Positions 7,105 to 16,850 of a stretch of DNA of 64,000 bases are shown piece after piece (position 1 is the stretch's first letter; each line of letters starts with the position of its first letter). Source of the DNA: Acidobacteriota bacterium (GTDB lineage: Bacteria; Acidobacteriota; Vicinamibacteria; Vicinamibacterales; UBA2999); NCBI GenBank assembly GCA_003222635.1, contig QHWQ01000010.1, positions 3,334 to 67,333 on the forward strand, in the 5' to 3' direction. The position numbers were made by a program, and so were the translations under genes. The notes beneath the pieces were generated by a model. The model saw only the letters and a list, made by a program, of their open reading frames with translations, had not been told where the DNA came from and did not search any database.

Positions 7105-9419
7105 TAGGTCCGCACGGTCAGCAACAGATACGCGGCGCCGGCGCCGAACAGCAGGTTTGGCGCCCACGCGGCGAGCATCGGCGCGACGACCCCGCCCGTG
7201 CCGAGCGCGGCAAAGACGCTGAACGCCACCCAGTAGCTGATCGCGATCACGATGCCGACACCGATGCCGTACATCGCGCCGCGGCGGCCTGCGGTCACGG
7301 CAAAGGGGACTGCGATGAGCGTCATGATGAGCGTCACGAACGGAAACGAGGCCTTGCGCTCCAGCGCAACCTGCTGCGCGATGACGTCGAAGCCGCTCGT
7401 CTTCAACTGGTCGATGTAGCTGCGCAGCTGGGAGTAGCTCATGAACTGCGGCTCGGGCTGACGCGTGCCGAAATAGGCGGGCGGTTCGAGCGTGAACTCC
7501 GCGACAGGCTGCGCGGCGAAGCGGCGCGTATCACCTGACGCCAGCAGCTCGCGCGACCAGGTGTGCTCGGCGCGCCACATGTTCGGATGCCCGGGATCGG
7601 GCACGTAGCGCGCGATGTCGGCGTAGGAGCGGCGCGTCAGCGCGCGCATCCCGTCGGAGAACTCGAAGACCTCGAGCCCCATCAGCGCGTTGTTCTTCGG
7701 ATCGAAGTAGTTGTAGTGGTAGATGTCGCCGCGGCTCGACACGACCCACTGGCGCGTCAGCATATCGAGCGTCTCGGGCGCGATGCCGTTCATGACCCGC
7801 CTGATCGCATCCGCCTGGCGGTTCCAGTCGCCGAGGATCGTCTGCTCGAGCATGAAGAGCGTGCTGCCGGCGACGAGCGCCGCGCCGAGCATCGGCATCG
7901 CGACGCGGTACAGGCTGATGCCGCACGCTTTCATCACGATCAACTCGCTGTTTTTCGTCAGCACGCCGATGGTGACGAGCGAGGCGAGCAGCACCGACAT
8001 CGGCAGCACGTAGTAGACGTACTGCGGCAGGAGATACCCGAGATACGCGCCCATCATGCCCCACGTCGCGGCGCCCTTGAACACCTTGTCCGAGCGGTCG
8101 ATGAACGTGGAGATGTAGAACAGGGCAAGCAGGCCGAGCGCGCACAGCAGGAACACCCGCACATACATCATCGTCACGTAGCGATCGAGGATGCTCGGGC
8201 GAGGCAGGCGGGCCAGCAGCCCGCGGCGAACGCTCACGGTCGCCGCGGCGGCGGTGCGAGGGTGCGGCGGTGCGGCGGTGCGACGCCGCTGCAGCCACTG
8301 CGGGCGGACTAGGCGGAACTCCTGATCGGCGGCGCGCGATCGCCACACGAACAGGGCTGCACCCACGAGGCTGAGGATGATGTTGGGTCCCCAGACGGCG
8401 AGCCAGGGCGGAAGCAGATGTCCCTTCGCCAGCGCGGGGCCCAGCGTCAGCGGGATGTAGTACGCGAAGATGACGCCGAGGCCGAAGACGAAGCTTCCCA
8501 GCTTGCCGTCGCGGCGATTGGTGGCGCCGAGCGCGAGGCCGATAACGCCGAACACCAGGCAGGCGACCGGAATCGCGAACTTCCGGTGGATGGCCATGAT
8601 CTGGTTGTGCGACGACGTGCCCGCCTTCTCGAGCTCCGCCGCGCGCTGCCGCAGCTCGGCGATGGTCATCTCGGGATCGCCTTTGGTTGGCCCGCCTCGT
8701 GGAAAGACGACGTCCGGATTGACGGTGACGACCTGCCGCGCGAACTTGACCACCTGATACGTACCGTCCGCGTTCGCCGTGTGGCGCGTGCCGTCCTCGA
8801 GGACCATCTCGACGGTGCGCTTCTTCGCGTCGAGCACGACGCGCCCGTGCCTGACGAGATAGATCGCCTGCGGACGTCCTGGCATGTTGTCGGCCATGAA
8901 GACGTCGTTCCAGCCGCCCTCGGGCGGAACATCGCGAACGTAGATCACGAGATCGGGGAACTCGGTGAAGAAGATGCGCGGCTTGACCTCGCCTTCGGCG
9001 CGCTCGGCGAGGACGTTGAACGCAATCTGCCGGAACGCCTGGTTGGCGTCGGGCAGCGCGTCGATCATCACGTACGACGTGCTGGCCCAGCCGATGATGG
9101 AGAGGATGCCGACCGGCCAGAGCAGCCGCGCGACGCTGACGCCGCACGCCTGCATGGCGACGAACTCGCGGTCGGCGGAGAGCCGTCCGAAGGCGATGAG
9201 CAGCGCGATGAGCAGCGCCGAGGGAATCGAGAGCGCCAGCGATGACGGCAGAAGGGTCGCCATCGCGCGAAGCACGACCGTCGTCGCGACGCCTTTGGCG
9301 ATGAACGCCTCGGCGTACTGCATCATCGAGGGGACGATTAAGATGAACGTGAAGACCAGCAGCGCGATGACGAACGGCAGCAGGACTTCGCGGATGACGT
9401 AACGGTCGAGAATTCTCAC
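7104..9419 (-). CDS. LPS export permease, fused LptF-LptG (two YjgP/YjgQ modules in one ORF)
   Basis: The first module starts RILDRYVIREVLLPF and the second starts SILDRYVTMMYVRVF about 400 aa later, with no stop between them. I prefer GTG 9419 (MRILDRY) to the track start 9452, which would overlap the divergent gene at 9437. Confidence 0.85.
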   Translation of the reverse strand: MRILDRYVIREVLLPFVIALLVFTFILIVPSMMQYAEAFIAKGVATTVVLRAMATLLPSSLALSIPSALLIALLIAFGRLSADREFVAMQACGVSVARLLWPVGILSIIGWASTSYVMIDALPDANQAFRQIAFNVLAERAEGEVKPRIFFTEFPDLVIYVRDVPPEGGWNDVFMADNMPGRPQAIYLVRHGRVVLDAKKRTVEMVLEDGTRHTANADGTYQVVKFARQVVTVNPDVVFPRGGPTKGDPEMTIAELRQRAAELEKAGTSSHNQIMAIHRKFAIPVACLVFGVIGLALGATNRRDGKLGSFVFGLGVIFAYYIPLTLGPALAKGHLLPPWLAVWGPNIILSLVGAALFVWRSRAADQEFRLVRPQWLQRRRTAAPPHPRTAAAATVSVRRGLLARLPRPSILDRYVTMMYVRVFLLCALGLLALFYISTFIDRSDKVFKGAATWGMMGAYLGYLLPQYVYYVLPMSVLLASLVTIGVLTKNSELIVMKACGISLYRVAMPMLGAALVAGSTLFMLEQTILGDWNRQADAIRRVMNGIAPETLDMLTRQWVVSSRGDIYHYNYFDPKNNALMGLEVFEFSDGMRALTRRSYADIARYVPDPGHPNMWRAEHTWSRELLASGDTRRFAAQPVAEFTLEPPAYFGTRQPEPQFMSYSQLRSYIDQLKTSGFDVIAQQVALERKASFPFVTLIMTLIAVPFAVTAGRRGAMYGIGVGIVIAISYWVAFSVFAALGTGGVVAPMLAAWAPNLLFGAGAAYLLLTVRT

Positions 9420-9436
9420 GCGATCGATTTCATTGT

Positions 9437-11508
9437 ATGACGCGCGTCGCACTCCTGTGGCACATGCACCAGCCGTTTTACGAAGATCTGATCACGCACG
9501 AGCACATGCTGCCGTGGGTCCGGCTGCACGCCCTCAAGGACTACTACGGCATGGCGTCGCTGATGCGCGAGTTCCCCGACGTCCGCGCCACGTTCAACCT
9601 CGTGCCGTCGCTGCTCGTTCAGATCGAAAACTTCGCCCTCGACCGCGCGCGCGATCGCTTCCTCGACCTGAGCCTCAAGCCGGCGGCCGATCTCACCGAC
9701 GCCGACGCCGCCTTCATCCTGCAGAACTTCTTCCACGCGCAGCAGCAGCGGATGATCGAGGTCCACCCGCGCTACGCGCAGCTTTTCGCGCGGCGGGGCG
9801 TCGCACAGCCGTCCGATGCCGATGCGCGGGCGCTGGCGCGCCGGTTCACGAGCGACGACCTGCGCGACCTCCAGGTGTGGCACAAGCTGGCGTGGATCGA
9901 CCCCGAGTACCTCGAGCGCGACGAGCGGGTCCGCCGCCTCGTCGCCAGGGGCCGCGATTTCGGCGAGGACGACAAGGCGCTTCTGCGCACCATCGAGCTG
10001 GAGATCTTGAACAGGATCATCCCGGCTTCCGGCATCCGGAGGACGCATCGCAGCAGCTGTCGAACGCCGTGGCGCTGCACGAGCGTCTGTTCGGGCGGCA
10101 GCCGATCGGCCTGTGGCCTTCGGAGGGGTCGGTGTCGGATGCGATGGTGCCGCTCGTCGCGGCGGCCGGCTTCCAGTGGATGGCCACCGACGAGGAGATT
10201 CTCGGGAAGTCGATCGCCAGGGAGTTCACCCGCGACCGCGACGGAAACGTGGAGAACCCCGAGGCGCTGTATCGCTCGTATCGGGTCGGACGCGACGCGC
10301 AGGTCTCGTGCGGCTTTCGCGATCACACGCTGTCGGATCTCATCGGGTTCACCTACGCGTCATGGAACCCGGAAGCGGCCGCGGACAACTTCGTGCAACG
10401 GCTCGCCGACGCCGGCGCGCGCTACGCGGCGCGGACCAATGGGGGAGAGGCGACCATCTTCGTCATCCTCGACGGCGAGAATGCCTGGGAGCACTACGAA
10501 GGACAGGGGCGTCCGTTTCTCCGGGCCCTGTACAAACGGCTTGGCACGCACGCGTCGTTGAAGACGGTGACGATGGCGGAGGCGTGCGCGGCGCCGAAGG
10601 ACACGCTGCCGTCGATCTTTCCGGGTTCGTGGATCAATGCGGACTTCTACATCTGGATCGGCCACCCGGACGATCAGCGCGCCTGGAGCCAGCTGGCGGA
10701 CGCGCGGCGGACGCTCGAGTCCGCGGCCGGCGTCGCGCCGGAGGCGCTGGCGCGCGCGTGGGAAGAGCTGCTCATCGCCGAGGGGTCCGACTGGTTCTGG
10801 TGGTACGGCGACGACCATTCGTCGGACCACGATCTGGTGTTCGATGAGCTGTTCCGTCGCCACGTGCGCAACATCTACCGGGCCATCGACGTGCCGGCGC
10901 CAGAGGAACTGTTCGTCAGCAACATCACGACGCGGCCGCCCGCCACCGACGTCGTCGCGCCCAGCGGGTTCATCCATCCGGTCATCGATGGCGAGATCAC
11001 GAGTTACTTCGAATGGATCGGCGCCGGCTCGGTCGACGTCGCGCCGGTCGGCGACGCGATGCACGAGGTCTCGGCGCGCGACGCGATCGTGTCGGCGATC
11101 GACTTCGGATTCGACCTGACGAACCTCTACGTGAAGGTCGCCGGCGCGGCGCCGATGCGGGACGTCATCCGCGGCGACCAGCAGCTGAGCGTGAACTTCC
11201 TGCGACCGGAGGGCTGCCGGATTGTCGTCAGCGGCGCGGACGGAACGGTGCGCGCGCAGATGGTCGATCGACCGCGCGGCCTCGCCAACGGTGCGTCGCG
11301 GAGCTGCCCGGATATCAAGGTTGCGATTGGCCAGGTGCTGGAGCTGCAGGTACCGTTTCACTGTCTGGGCGTGACGAAGGAGTCAACCGTGGCGTTCCTC
11401 GTCGCCGTCAACCGCAACGCCGCGGAAGTGGAGCACCATCCGCGTCATCAGCCGATCGAGGTGCAGGTGCCGGACGAACGGTTCCCATCGAGGAACTGGA
11501 CGGCCTAG
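9437..11508 (+). pseudogene. glycoside hydrolase family 57 (alpha-glucan enzyme), internally deleted and frameshifted
   Basis: The N-terminal frame from ATG 9437 reads MTRVALLWHMHQPFYEDL...TIELEILNRIIP, then becomes nonsense. A second frame (track ORF 9433..11508) picks up at FRHPEDASQQLSNAVALHERLFGRQPIGLWPSEGSVSDAMVPL... and runs to 11508. Total length is not a multiple of 3. The conserved G-Q-[IV]-E...SPFYHPI block is absent. Confidence 0.85.
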
Positions 11509-11614
11509 CTAGCCATCCGCATTAGTTAACATAACATCTATTGTTTGCGGCATCGACGTCGAAACCGTCGTAATGCCTCAGATTTCCGCAATTTCCACAG
11601 ACCTTTTCTTCCTC

Positions 11615-12328
11615 TTAATAGAAGATGAACGTCTTCGGACGTCCTGGCTTCGCCCTGGCGGTTTCTTTCCTCACGTCCTGTCGCGTGACGCCGTTGCCGC
11701 CGTTGACGAGGCGCTCGACGAGCGCCGTCATCTTCTTCGGGTCCTGCTGACGGACGATCTGCAGCAGCGTCGACTTCGATGTGATGTCCGCCAGCCGGCA
11801 CAGATTCCGGACTTCCTCCGGCATGTTGTTCAGCGACAGCGACTCGGTGATCGCCGTGCGCGACTTCCCGAGCTTCCGCGCCATGTCCTCGTGCGTGTAG
11901 TCGCACTTCTGCGCGAGCTGATGCAGCGCCTCGGCTTCTTCAAACGCCGTCAGGTCCTTGCGCTGCAGGTTCTCGACGAGCGCCAGCTCCATCACCTCGA
12001 CATCGTCGACTTCACGGACGACGACCGGGATCTCGCGAAGACCGACCTGCACGGCGGCGTGATAGCGCCGCTCGCCGGCGATGATCTGAAAGCGGCCGCC
12101 GCGCTGCCGGACGATGAGCGGCTCGATGATGCCTTTTTCCGCGACCGACGCCATCAGCTCCGACAGATCGCCCATGACCTGGCGCGGCTGGTTCGGATTG
12201 GGATCGAGCAGCTCGATGGAAATCATGCGGCCGACGGGCGCGCCCGCGGAGGCGGCCAGCGCCTCGACGTAGTGCTCGTCATGCCGCATCCGCAGCGTTT
12301 CAGGCAGTCCGCGCTTCGACACGTTCAA
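11615..12328 (-). CDS. parB: chromosome partitioning protein ParB
   Basis: ParB box IIAGERRYHAA, an HTH region (THEDMARKLGKSRTAITESLSL), and a position immediately downstream of parA. At 237 aa it is short at the C-terminus. The start could be 12328 or the ATG at 12289. Confidence 0.9.
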   Translation of the reverse strand: MNVSKRGLPETLRMRHDEHYVEALAASAGAPVGRMISIELLDPNPNQPRQVMGDLSELMASVAEKGIIEPLIVRQRGGRFQIIAGERRYHAAVQVGLREIPVVVREVDDVEVMELALVENLQRKDLTAFEEAEALHQLAQKCDYTHEDMARKLGKSRTAITESLSLNNMPEEVRNLCRLADITSKSTLLQIVRQQDPKKMTALVERLVNGGNGVTRQDVRKETARAKPGRPKTFIFY

Positions 12329-13070
12329 TCACCTCTTCGCAGAGACTGTAGTAATCCGTCGCCCCCGACGAATCGGGCGCGAACGTGAAGATCGATTCCT
12401 TGTAGGCGGGGCTCTCCTCGAGGCGGACGCTCTTGGTGATCACCGTGTCGAAGACCTTCCCGCCGAACACCTTCTGGATCTGTTCGCGGATGTCGCGCGC
12501 CAGCGCCGTCCGCTTGTCGTGCATCGTGATGACGACGCCGAGGATGCGCAGCGCGGGATTCGGCCGCTGGCGCACCTTCTCGATCGTCTCGAGCAGATCG
12601 TCGGTCCCTTCGAGCGCGAAGTACGACGACTGAATCGGAATCAGCAGATGCGTCGCCGCGACGAGCGCGTTGACCGTCAGCAGTCCGAGCGCCGGCGGGC
12701 AGTCGATGACGATGTTCGCGTAGCCGCCGTTGAGCGCCTCGATCTTGTCCTTCAGCCGGAAGTGCGCGTCGAGCTCTCCCACGAGCCGCGACTCGAGCTT
12801 CGCGAGGCCGATGCGCGCGGGGGCGATGAAGAGGTTCTCGACCGGCGCCCCGACGATGATGTCCTCGAGCGCGCAGGTCGATTCCGCGATCGCGTCGTAC
12901 ATGCTGCGCGTCACCGATCGGAGATCGAGGAACGAGATGCTGCTGTTGGCCTGCGGGTCGAGGTCGATGAGCAGCGTCTTCTTGCCGCGCATCGCGAGCG
13001 CCGCGGCAAGGTTGACGGCGGTTGTGGTTTTGCCTACACCGCCCTTCTGGTTGGCGATCGCAACGATCAT
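12300..13070 (-). CDS. parA: chromosome partitioning ATPase ParA
   Basis: From ATG 13070 the protein reads MIVAIANQKGGVGKTTTAVNLAAAL, a deviant Walker A. The track ORF start at 13145 adds 25 implausible residues. Confidence 0.9.
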   Translation of the reverse strand: MIVAIANQKGGVGKTTTAVNLAAALAMRGKKTLLIDLDPQANSSISFLDLRSVTRSMYDAIAESTCALEDIIVGAPVENLFIAPARIGLAKLESRLVGELDAHFRLKDKIEALNGGYANIVIDCPPALGLLTVNALVAATHLLIPIQSSYFALEGTDDLLETIEKVRQRPNPALRILGVVITMHDKRTALARDIREQIQKVFGGKVFDTVITKSVRLEESPAYKESIFTFAPDSSGATDYYSLCEEVIERVEARTA

Positions 13071-13107
13071 CGACGCTCGACTAATTGTTCGGCAGGAAGT
13101 TGAAACG

Positions 13108-13136
13108 ATTCTAGGGATGGTGTGCGGATGTGTCAA
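13108..13136 (-). promoter_or_regulatory. sigma-70-type promoter for parAB
   Basis: The minus strand reads TTGACA-N17-TAGAAT, with -35 at 13136-13131 and -10 at 13113-13108. The -10 lies about 38 nt upstream of the parA ATG. Confidence 0.55.
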
Positions 13137-13154
13137 ACACCCCAAGATGGTGGA

Positions 13155-13194
13155 TGTCGGCCGGCCGACAATTCGGAATGTCGGCTGGCCGACA
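13155..13194. repeat. two tandem 16-bp palindromes (candidate operator or centromere-like site)
   Basis: TGTCGGCCGGCCGACA at 13155-13170 is a perfect palindrome. TGTCGGCTGGCCGACA at 13179-13194 has one mismatch. Both sit within a 24-bp direct repeat, ATGTCGGC[C/T]GGCCGACAATT. Confidence 0.75.
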
Positions 13195-13196
13195 AT

Positions 13197-13682
13197 TTAC
13201 ATCTTGTACTTGCCGAGCTCCTCGGGATCGAGGCTCTCGAGCCACTTCTGCAGCCGATCGCTGTCGGTCCGTTCGGCGTTGAAGTCGACGGTCTTCGCCG
13301 TGTCGATGACGTTCTCTTCGACGAGGATCGGTGAGCGTGTGCGCAGCGCGAGCGCGATCGCGTCGCTCGGCCGCGCGTCGATGGCGACGCGCTCGCCGCG
13401 CACGGTGAGGTGGATGATCGCGTAAAAGGTGTTGTCCTTCAGATCGCAGACGACCACGCGGTCGACGCGCCCCTCGAGGTCCGTGATGATGTTGCGCAGC
13501 AGGTCGTGCGTCATCGGCCGCGGCGTCGCGACGTTCTCGATCTGCAGCGCGATGGCGTTGGCTTCGAAGATGCCGACCCAGATCGGCAGCACGCGGTCGC
13601 CGTCCTTGTCCTTCAGGATGACGATCGGCATGTTCGTGACGGGGTCCACCATCAACCCCTTGATGGTCATCTCAATTAACAT
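13197..13682 (-). CDS. bifunctional nuclease (DNase/RNase, DUF151) family protein
   Basis: This 161-aa ORF shows ...MPIVILKDKDGDRVLPIWVGIFEANAIAL...RPMTHDLL...ARPSDAIALALR, the typical BFN pattern. Confidence 0.85.
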   Translation of the reverse strand: MLIEMTIKGLMVDPVTNMPIVILKDKDGDRVLPIWVGIFEANAIALQIENVATPRPMTHDLLRNIITDLEGRVDRVVVCDLKDNTFYAIIHLTVRGERVAIDARPSDAIALALRTRSPILVEENVIDTAKTVDFNAERTDSDRLQKWLESLDPEELGKYKM

Positions 13683-15048
13683 CGCCCGCCGCCCTCCGCA
13701 CGTGTGAGACCACGGCCTCGCCCCACAGGCTGTGGGGACCCGCCCGGTGAACCCATACTGGAACGATCCGTCCCATCCACTCCGACGCGTCGGTGTCGCC
13801 CGGCAGCTGGCAATTGACCACCGTGTTGCCGCTCGTGCGCCCCGACATCTCCGCGTCCCGCCGCCGGCTGGCGGAGTCGATCAGCACGTCGACCGTCGTG
13901 CCGACCGCTTGCTCGTTCAGCCGCGTCTGAATCTCCCGCTGCAAGGTCTGCAGCGCCACGATTCGCCGGGTCTTGACGTCCTCGCTCACGTCGTCCGGCA
14001 GGCGTTTCAACGCGAGCGTGTTCGGCCGCGGCGAATACTTGAACGAGAACATGCTGTGATACTGCGCGGCCTCGGTCAACGACATCGTCTGGTCGAAGTC
14101 CTCAGCGGTCTCGCCCGGGAAGCCAACAATCATATCGGTCGACAGCGTCGCCGCCGGGATGGTCTCGCGAATCTCCGCGACCAGCTCCAGGTAGCTGTCG
14201 CGTGTGTACCGGCGCCTCATCGCCTTCAGCACGCGCGACGAGCCGGACTGCACCGGCAGGTGCAGGTGCTTGCAGACCTTCGGCAGATCGCGCACGGCTT
14301 CGATCAGCCGGCGGCCGGTGTGGCGCGGATGCGGGCTCGCAAAGCGAATCCGCTCGATGCCCGGAACCTCGTTCACCGCCGCGAGCAGGTCGGCAAAATC
14401 AGAGGACGGGTCGTCCGGCGCCTGGTAGTGGTTCACGATCTGCCCGAGCAACTGCACTTCGGTGCGTCCCGAGTCCGCCGCCTCGCGCACGTCCGCGAGG
14501 ATGTCGGCTTTGGCGCGCATCCGCTCGTGGCCGCGCGTGTACGGCACGACGCAGAACGCGCAGTGGTCGTTGCACCCTTCGATGATGGTGACGTAGGCCT
14601 TCACGGGATCCCCGCGCCGCGTGATCCCGAGCGGGAATGTGACGTCGTCCCAGGGATTGATATCGACCTCGGCGAACGGCGATCGTGCGGCCTTCTCGAC
14701 CAGCGCCGGCAGCATCTTGAGACGCTGCGTGCCCATGATCACGTCGATGACGTGTCCGTTGGATTTCTCGAGGAGCGCCTCGCCCTCCTGCTGCGCGACG
14801 CAACCGGCGATCGCCACCACCGGCTTGTGGCCCGTTTGCTGTTCCAGTACGCGGATTTCGCCGAGCCGCGTGTACAGCTTCTCCTCCGCGTGCTCTCGCA
14901 CGCTACAGGTGTTGATGACGATGACGTCGGCATCGATCTCTTCGGTCGTCGGCTCATAGCCGGCCTGGTCGAGCAGGCCCGCCATGCGCTCCGAGTCGTG
15001 GAAGTTCATCTGACAGCCGAACGTCTCAATGAGGTATTTCTTCGCCAT
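13672..15048 (-). CDS. miaB: tRNA-2-methylthio-N6-dimethylallyladenosine synthase
   Basis: From ATG 15048 the protein reads MAKKYLIETFGCQMNFHDSE. The radical-SAM motif CNDHCAFCVVP and a C-terminal TRAM region are present. The track start at 15123 would overlap recN. Confidence 0.92.
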   Translation of the reverse strand: MAKKYLIETFGCQMNFHDSERMAGLLDQAGYEPTTEEIDADVIVINTCSVREHAEEKLYTRLGEIRVLEQQTGHKPVVAIAGCVAQQEGEALLEKSNGHVIDVIMGTQRLKMLPALVEKAARSPFAEVDINPWDDVTFPLGITRRGDPVKAYVTIIEGCNDHCAFCVVPYTRGHERMRAKADILADVREAADSGRTEVQLLGQIVNHYQAPDDPSSDFADLLAAVNEVPGIERIRFASPHPRHTGRRLIEAVRDLPKVCKHLHLPVQSGSSRVLKAMRRRYTRDSYLELVAEIRETIPAATLSTDMIVGFPGETAEDFDQTMSLTEAAQYHSMFSFKYSPRPNTLALKRLPDDVSEDVKTRRIVALQTLQREIQTRLNEQAVGTTVDVLIDSASRRRDAEMSGRTSGNTVVNCQLPGDTDASEWMGRIVPVWVHRAGPHSLWGEAVVSHVRRAAGDVN

Positions 15049-15052
15049 TTGC

Positions 15053-16717
15053 TCAGTTCGCCGCGGACTTTCGCTTTCGCCTTTCGCCTTTCGCCCTGGC
15101 GTTGGAAAGGAGCTCCCGGGCACTCGCCCGAACCTGCTCCGTCACGGATGCGCCGCCAATCATACGTGCCACTTCCTCGACGCGGCCCAGCTCGTCGAGC
15201 CGTTCGACCTGCGTTACGGTCCGGCTGCCTTTGACCGATTTCTCGATCAGAAACTGCGCGTCCCCGCGGGCGGCGATCTGCGGCAGGTGCGTAATGCAGA
15301 GCACCTGAAACCGCTCCCCCAACGCCTGCAGCCTCGCCCCGACGACATCTGCAACCCGGCCGCCGATGCCGGCATCCACCTCATCGAAGATTAACGTCTT
15401 CCCCGGCGCATCCTCCGCGGCGAGCGTCTTCAGCGCGAGCATCACGCGCGACAGCTCGCCGCCGGAGACGATGCGCGCCAGCGGGCGGAGGTCTTCGCCC
15501 GGATTTGGTGAGACGAAGAATTCGGCCTGGTCGATGCCGCGGTCGCTCCACGCCTCGGCCGGCAGCTCACCGTCGTTGAAGCGGACCTCGAAGCGTGTGC
15601 GCGCCATCGCGAGCTCGGCGAGCAGTGCCTCGAGCTCGCGCGCGAATTCGACGGCCGCCTTGCGGCGCTTGCGCGAGAGATCGCGCGCGGCGATCAGATA
15701 CGCCGCGGTCGCCTCATCGAGCGCCTTGACGAGATCCTCCGCGCGCTCCCCTGCTCCGGTCAGAAGATCGCGTTCGCGCGCCAGCGTCTCGCCTTTCTCG
15801 ACGACCTCCTGCAGCGTCGGACCATACTTCCGCTTCAGACGCTCGAGCAGCGCGAGGCGATCCTCGACCTGCTGCAGCCGGCCGGGCGAGGCATCGATGC
15901 CGTCGGCGTAGCTGCGAAGGAAGAACGCGAGATCTTCGAGCTGCGATTTGATCCCATCGCGAGACTCGACATACGGCGCAAAGTGCGGATCGATGGTGGC
16001 GAGCTCTCCGACGCGCTTCCAGACGCCGCCGAGCCCCGCGAGCACCGCCGCCTCGCTGTCGTACAGCGCGTCGTAGCTTTCCTGACAGAGCCGCTGGACC
16101 CGTTCGGCGCTCGCCAGCACCTGCTTGGTTGCGGCAAGCTCCTCGTCTTCGCCCGGCCTCGGCGCCGCCTTCTCGATCTCGCCAAGCTGGAAAGCGATCA
16201 GATCCAGCCGCGCGGCTTTCTCCCGCGCGTCCATCCGCGAGCGCTCGAGCTGCTCGCGCAGCATCCGCACCTTCGTCCACGCGAGGGCAACGTTCGATGC
16301 GATGTCGCCGAGGTCGCCGTATTCATCGAGCAGCGGCAGGTGTGCCAGCGGATCGAGCAGCGCCTGGTGCTCGTGCTGCCCGTGCAGCTCCACGAGCCGC
16401 GCCGATAGATCGCGCAGCGCCGCTGCCGTCGCCAGCGCGCCATTGATGAACGAGCGGCTGCGCCCCTGGCTGCTGATCTCGCGGCGAACGATCAATTCGC
16501 GCTCATCAGCCTCGAAGATGGCTTCGATGGTGGCTTGCGCCTCGCCCGTGCGAACGAGATCAGCGGAGGCGCGCGCGCCGAGCAACAGCCCGACGGCTTC
16601 GACCAGGATGGACTTGCCCGCCCCCGTCTCCCCCGTCAGCACGTTGAACCCGGGCTCGAACTCGACCTCCAGGCCTGCGATGACCGCCAGGTTGCGGATG
16701 CGGAGGAAACGCAGCAT
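15053..16717 (-). CDS. recN: DNA repair protein RecN
   Basis: N-terminus MLRFLRIRNLAVI...VLTGETGAGKSILVEA, long coiled-coil middle, C-terminal SGGELSRVMLAL...LIFDEVDAGIGG. Length 554 aa. Confidence 0.93.
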   Translation of the reverse strand: MLRFLRIRNLAVIAGLEVEFEPGFNVLTGETGAGKSILVEAVGLLLGARASADLVRTGEAQATIEAIFEADERELIVRREISSQGRSRSFINGALATAAALRDLSARLVELHGQHEHQALLDPLAHLPLLDEYGDLGDIASNVALAWTKVRMLREQLERSRMDAREKAARLDLIAFQLGEIEKAAPRPGEDEELAATKQVLASAERVQRLCQESYDALYDSEAAVLAGLGGVWKRVGELATIDPHFAPYVESRDGIKSQLEDLAFFLRSYADGIDASPGRLQQVEDRLALLERLKRKYGPTLQEVVEKGETLARERDLLTGAGERAEDLVKALDEATAAYLIAARDLSRKRRKAAVEFARELEALLAELAMARTRFEVRFNDGELPAEAWSDRGIDQAEFFVSPNPGEDLRPLARIVSGGELSRVMLALKTLAAEDAPGKTLIFDEVDAGIGGRVADVVGARLQALGERFQVLCITHLPQIAARGDAQFLIEKSVKGSRTVTQVERLDELGRVEEVARMIGGASVTEQVRASARELLSNARAKGERRKRKSAAN

Positions 16718-16746
16718 GCACGCGGAACTGCAATCGTATCATACGT

Positions 16747-16775
16747 TTGACAGCATTCAGGGTGCGTGCTACGCT
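16747..16775 (+). promoter_or_regulatory. sigma-70-type promoter for the tol-pal operon
   Basis: TTGACA (16747-16752), a 17-nt spacer, then TACGCT (16770-16775), in the recN/tolQ divergent spacer. Confidence 0.45.
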
Positions 16776-16850
16776 CGCACGACTGCGCTGTCCCAGCGGC
16801 GCGCTGCCGAGCGTGCGCGAGCACGCCCGAGGAGAAGCTCGGAGGCTTCG

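Noticed and set aside
11509-11614. An AT-richer spacer follows parB. It contains a 10-bp interrupted hairpin (11549-11577) and out-of-frame strings faintly resembling a ParB C-terminal domain (RKKRSVEIAEI, EALRRF...).
   Set aside because: Codon third positions there are not GC-biased, so the region is unlikely to be decayed coding sequence. The hairpin lacks a T-tract on either side. I note only that ParB is short at 237 aa.
16735-16745. The palindrome CGTATcATACG lies 18 nt upstream of recN and could be a LexA/SOS box.
   Set aside because: It does not match any LexA box consensus I know (CTGT-N8-ACAG, GAAC-N4-GTTC, GTTC-N7-GTTC). With 5-bp arms it is too short to be significant on its own.
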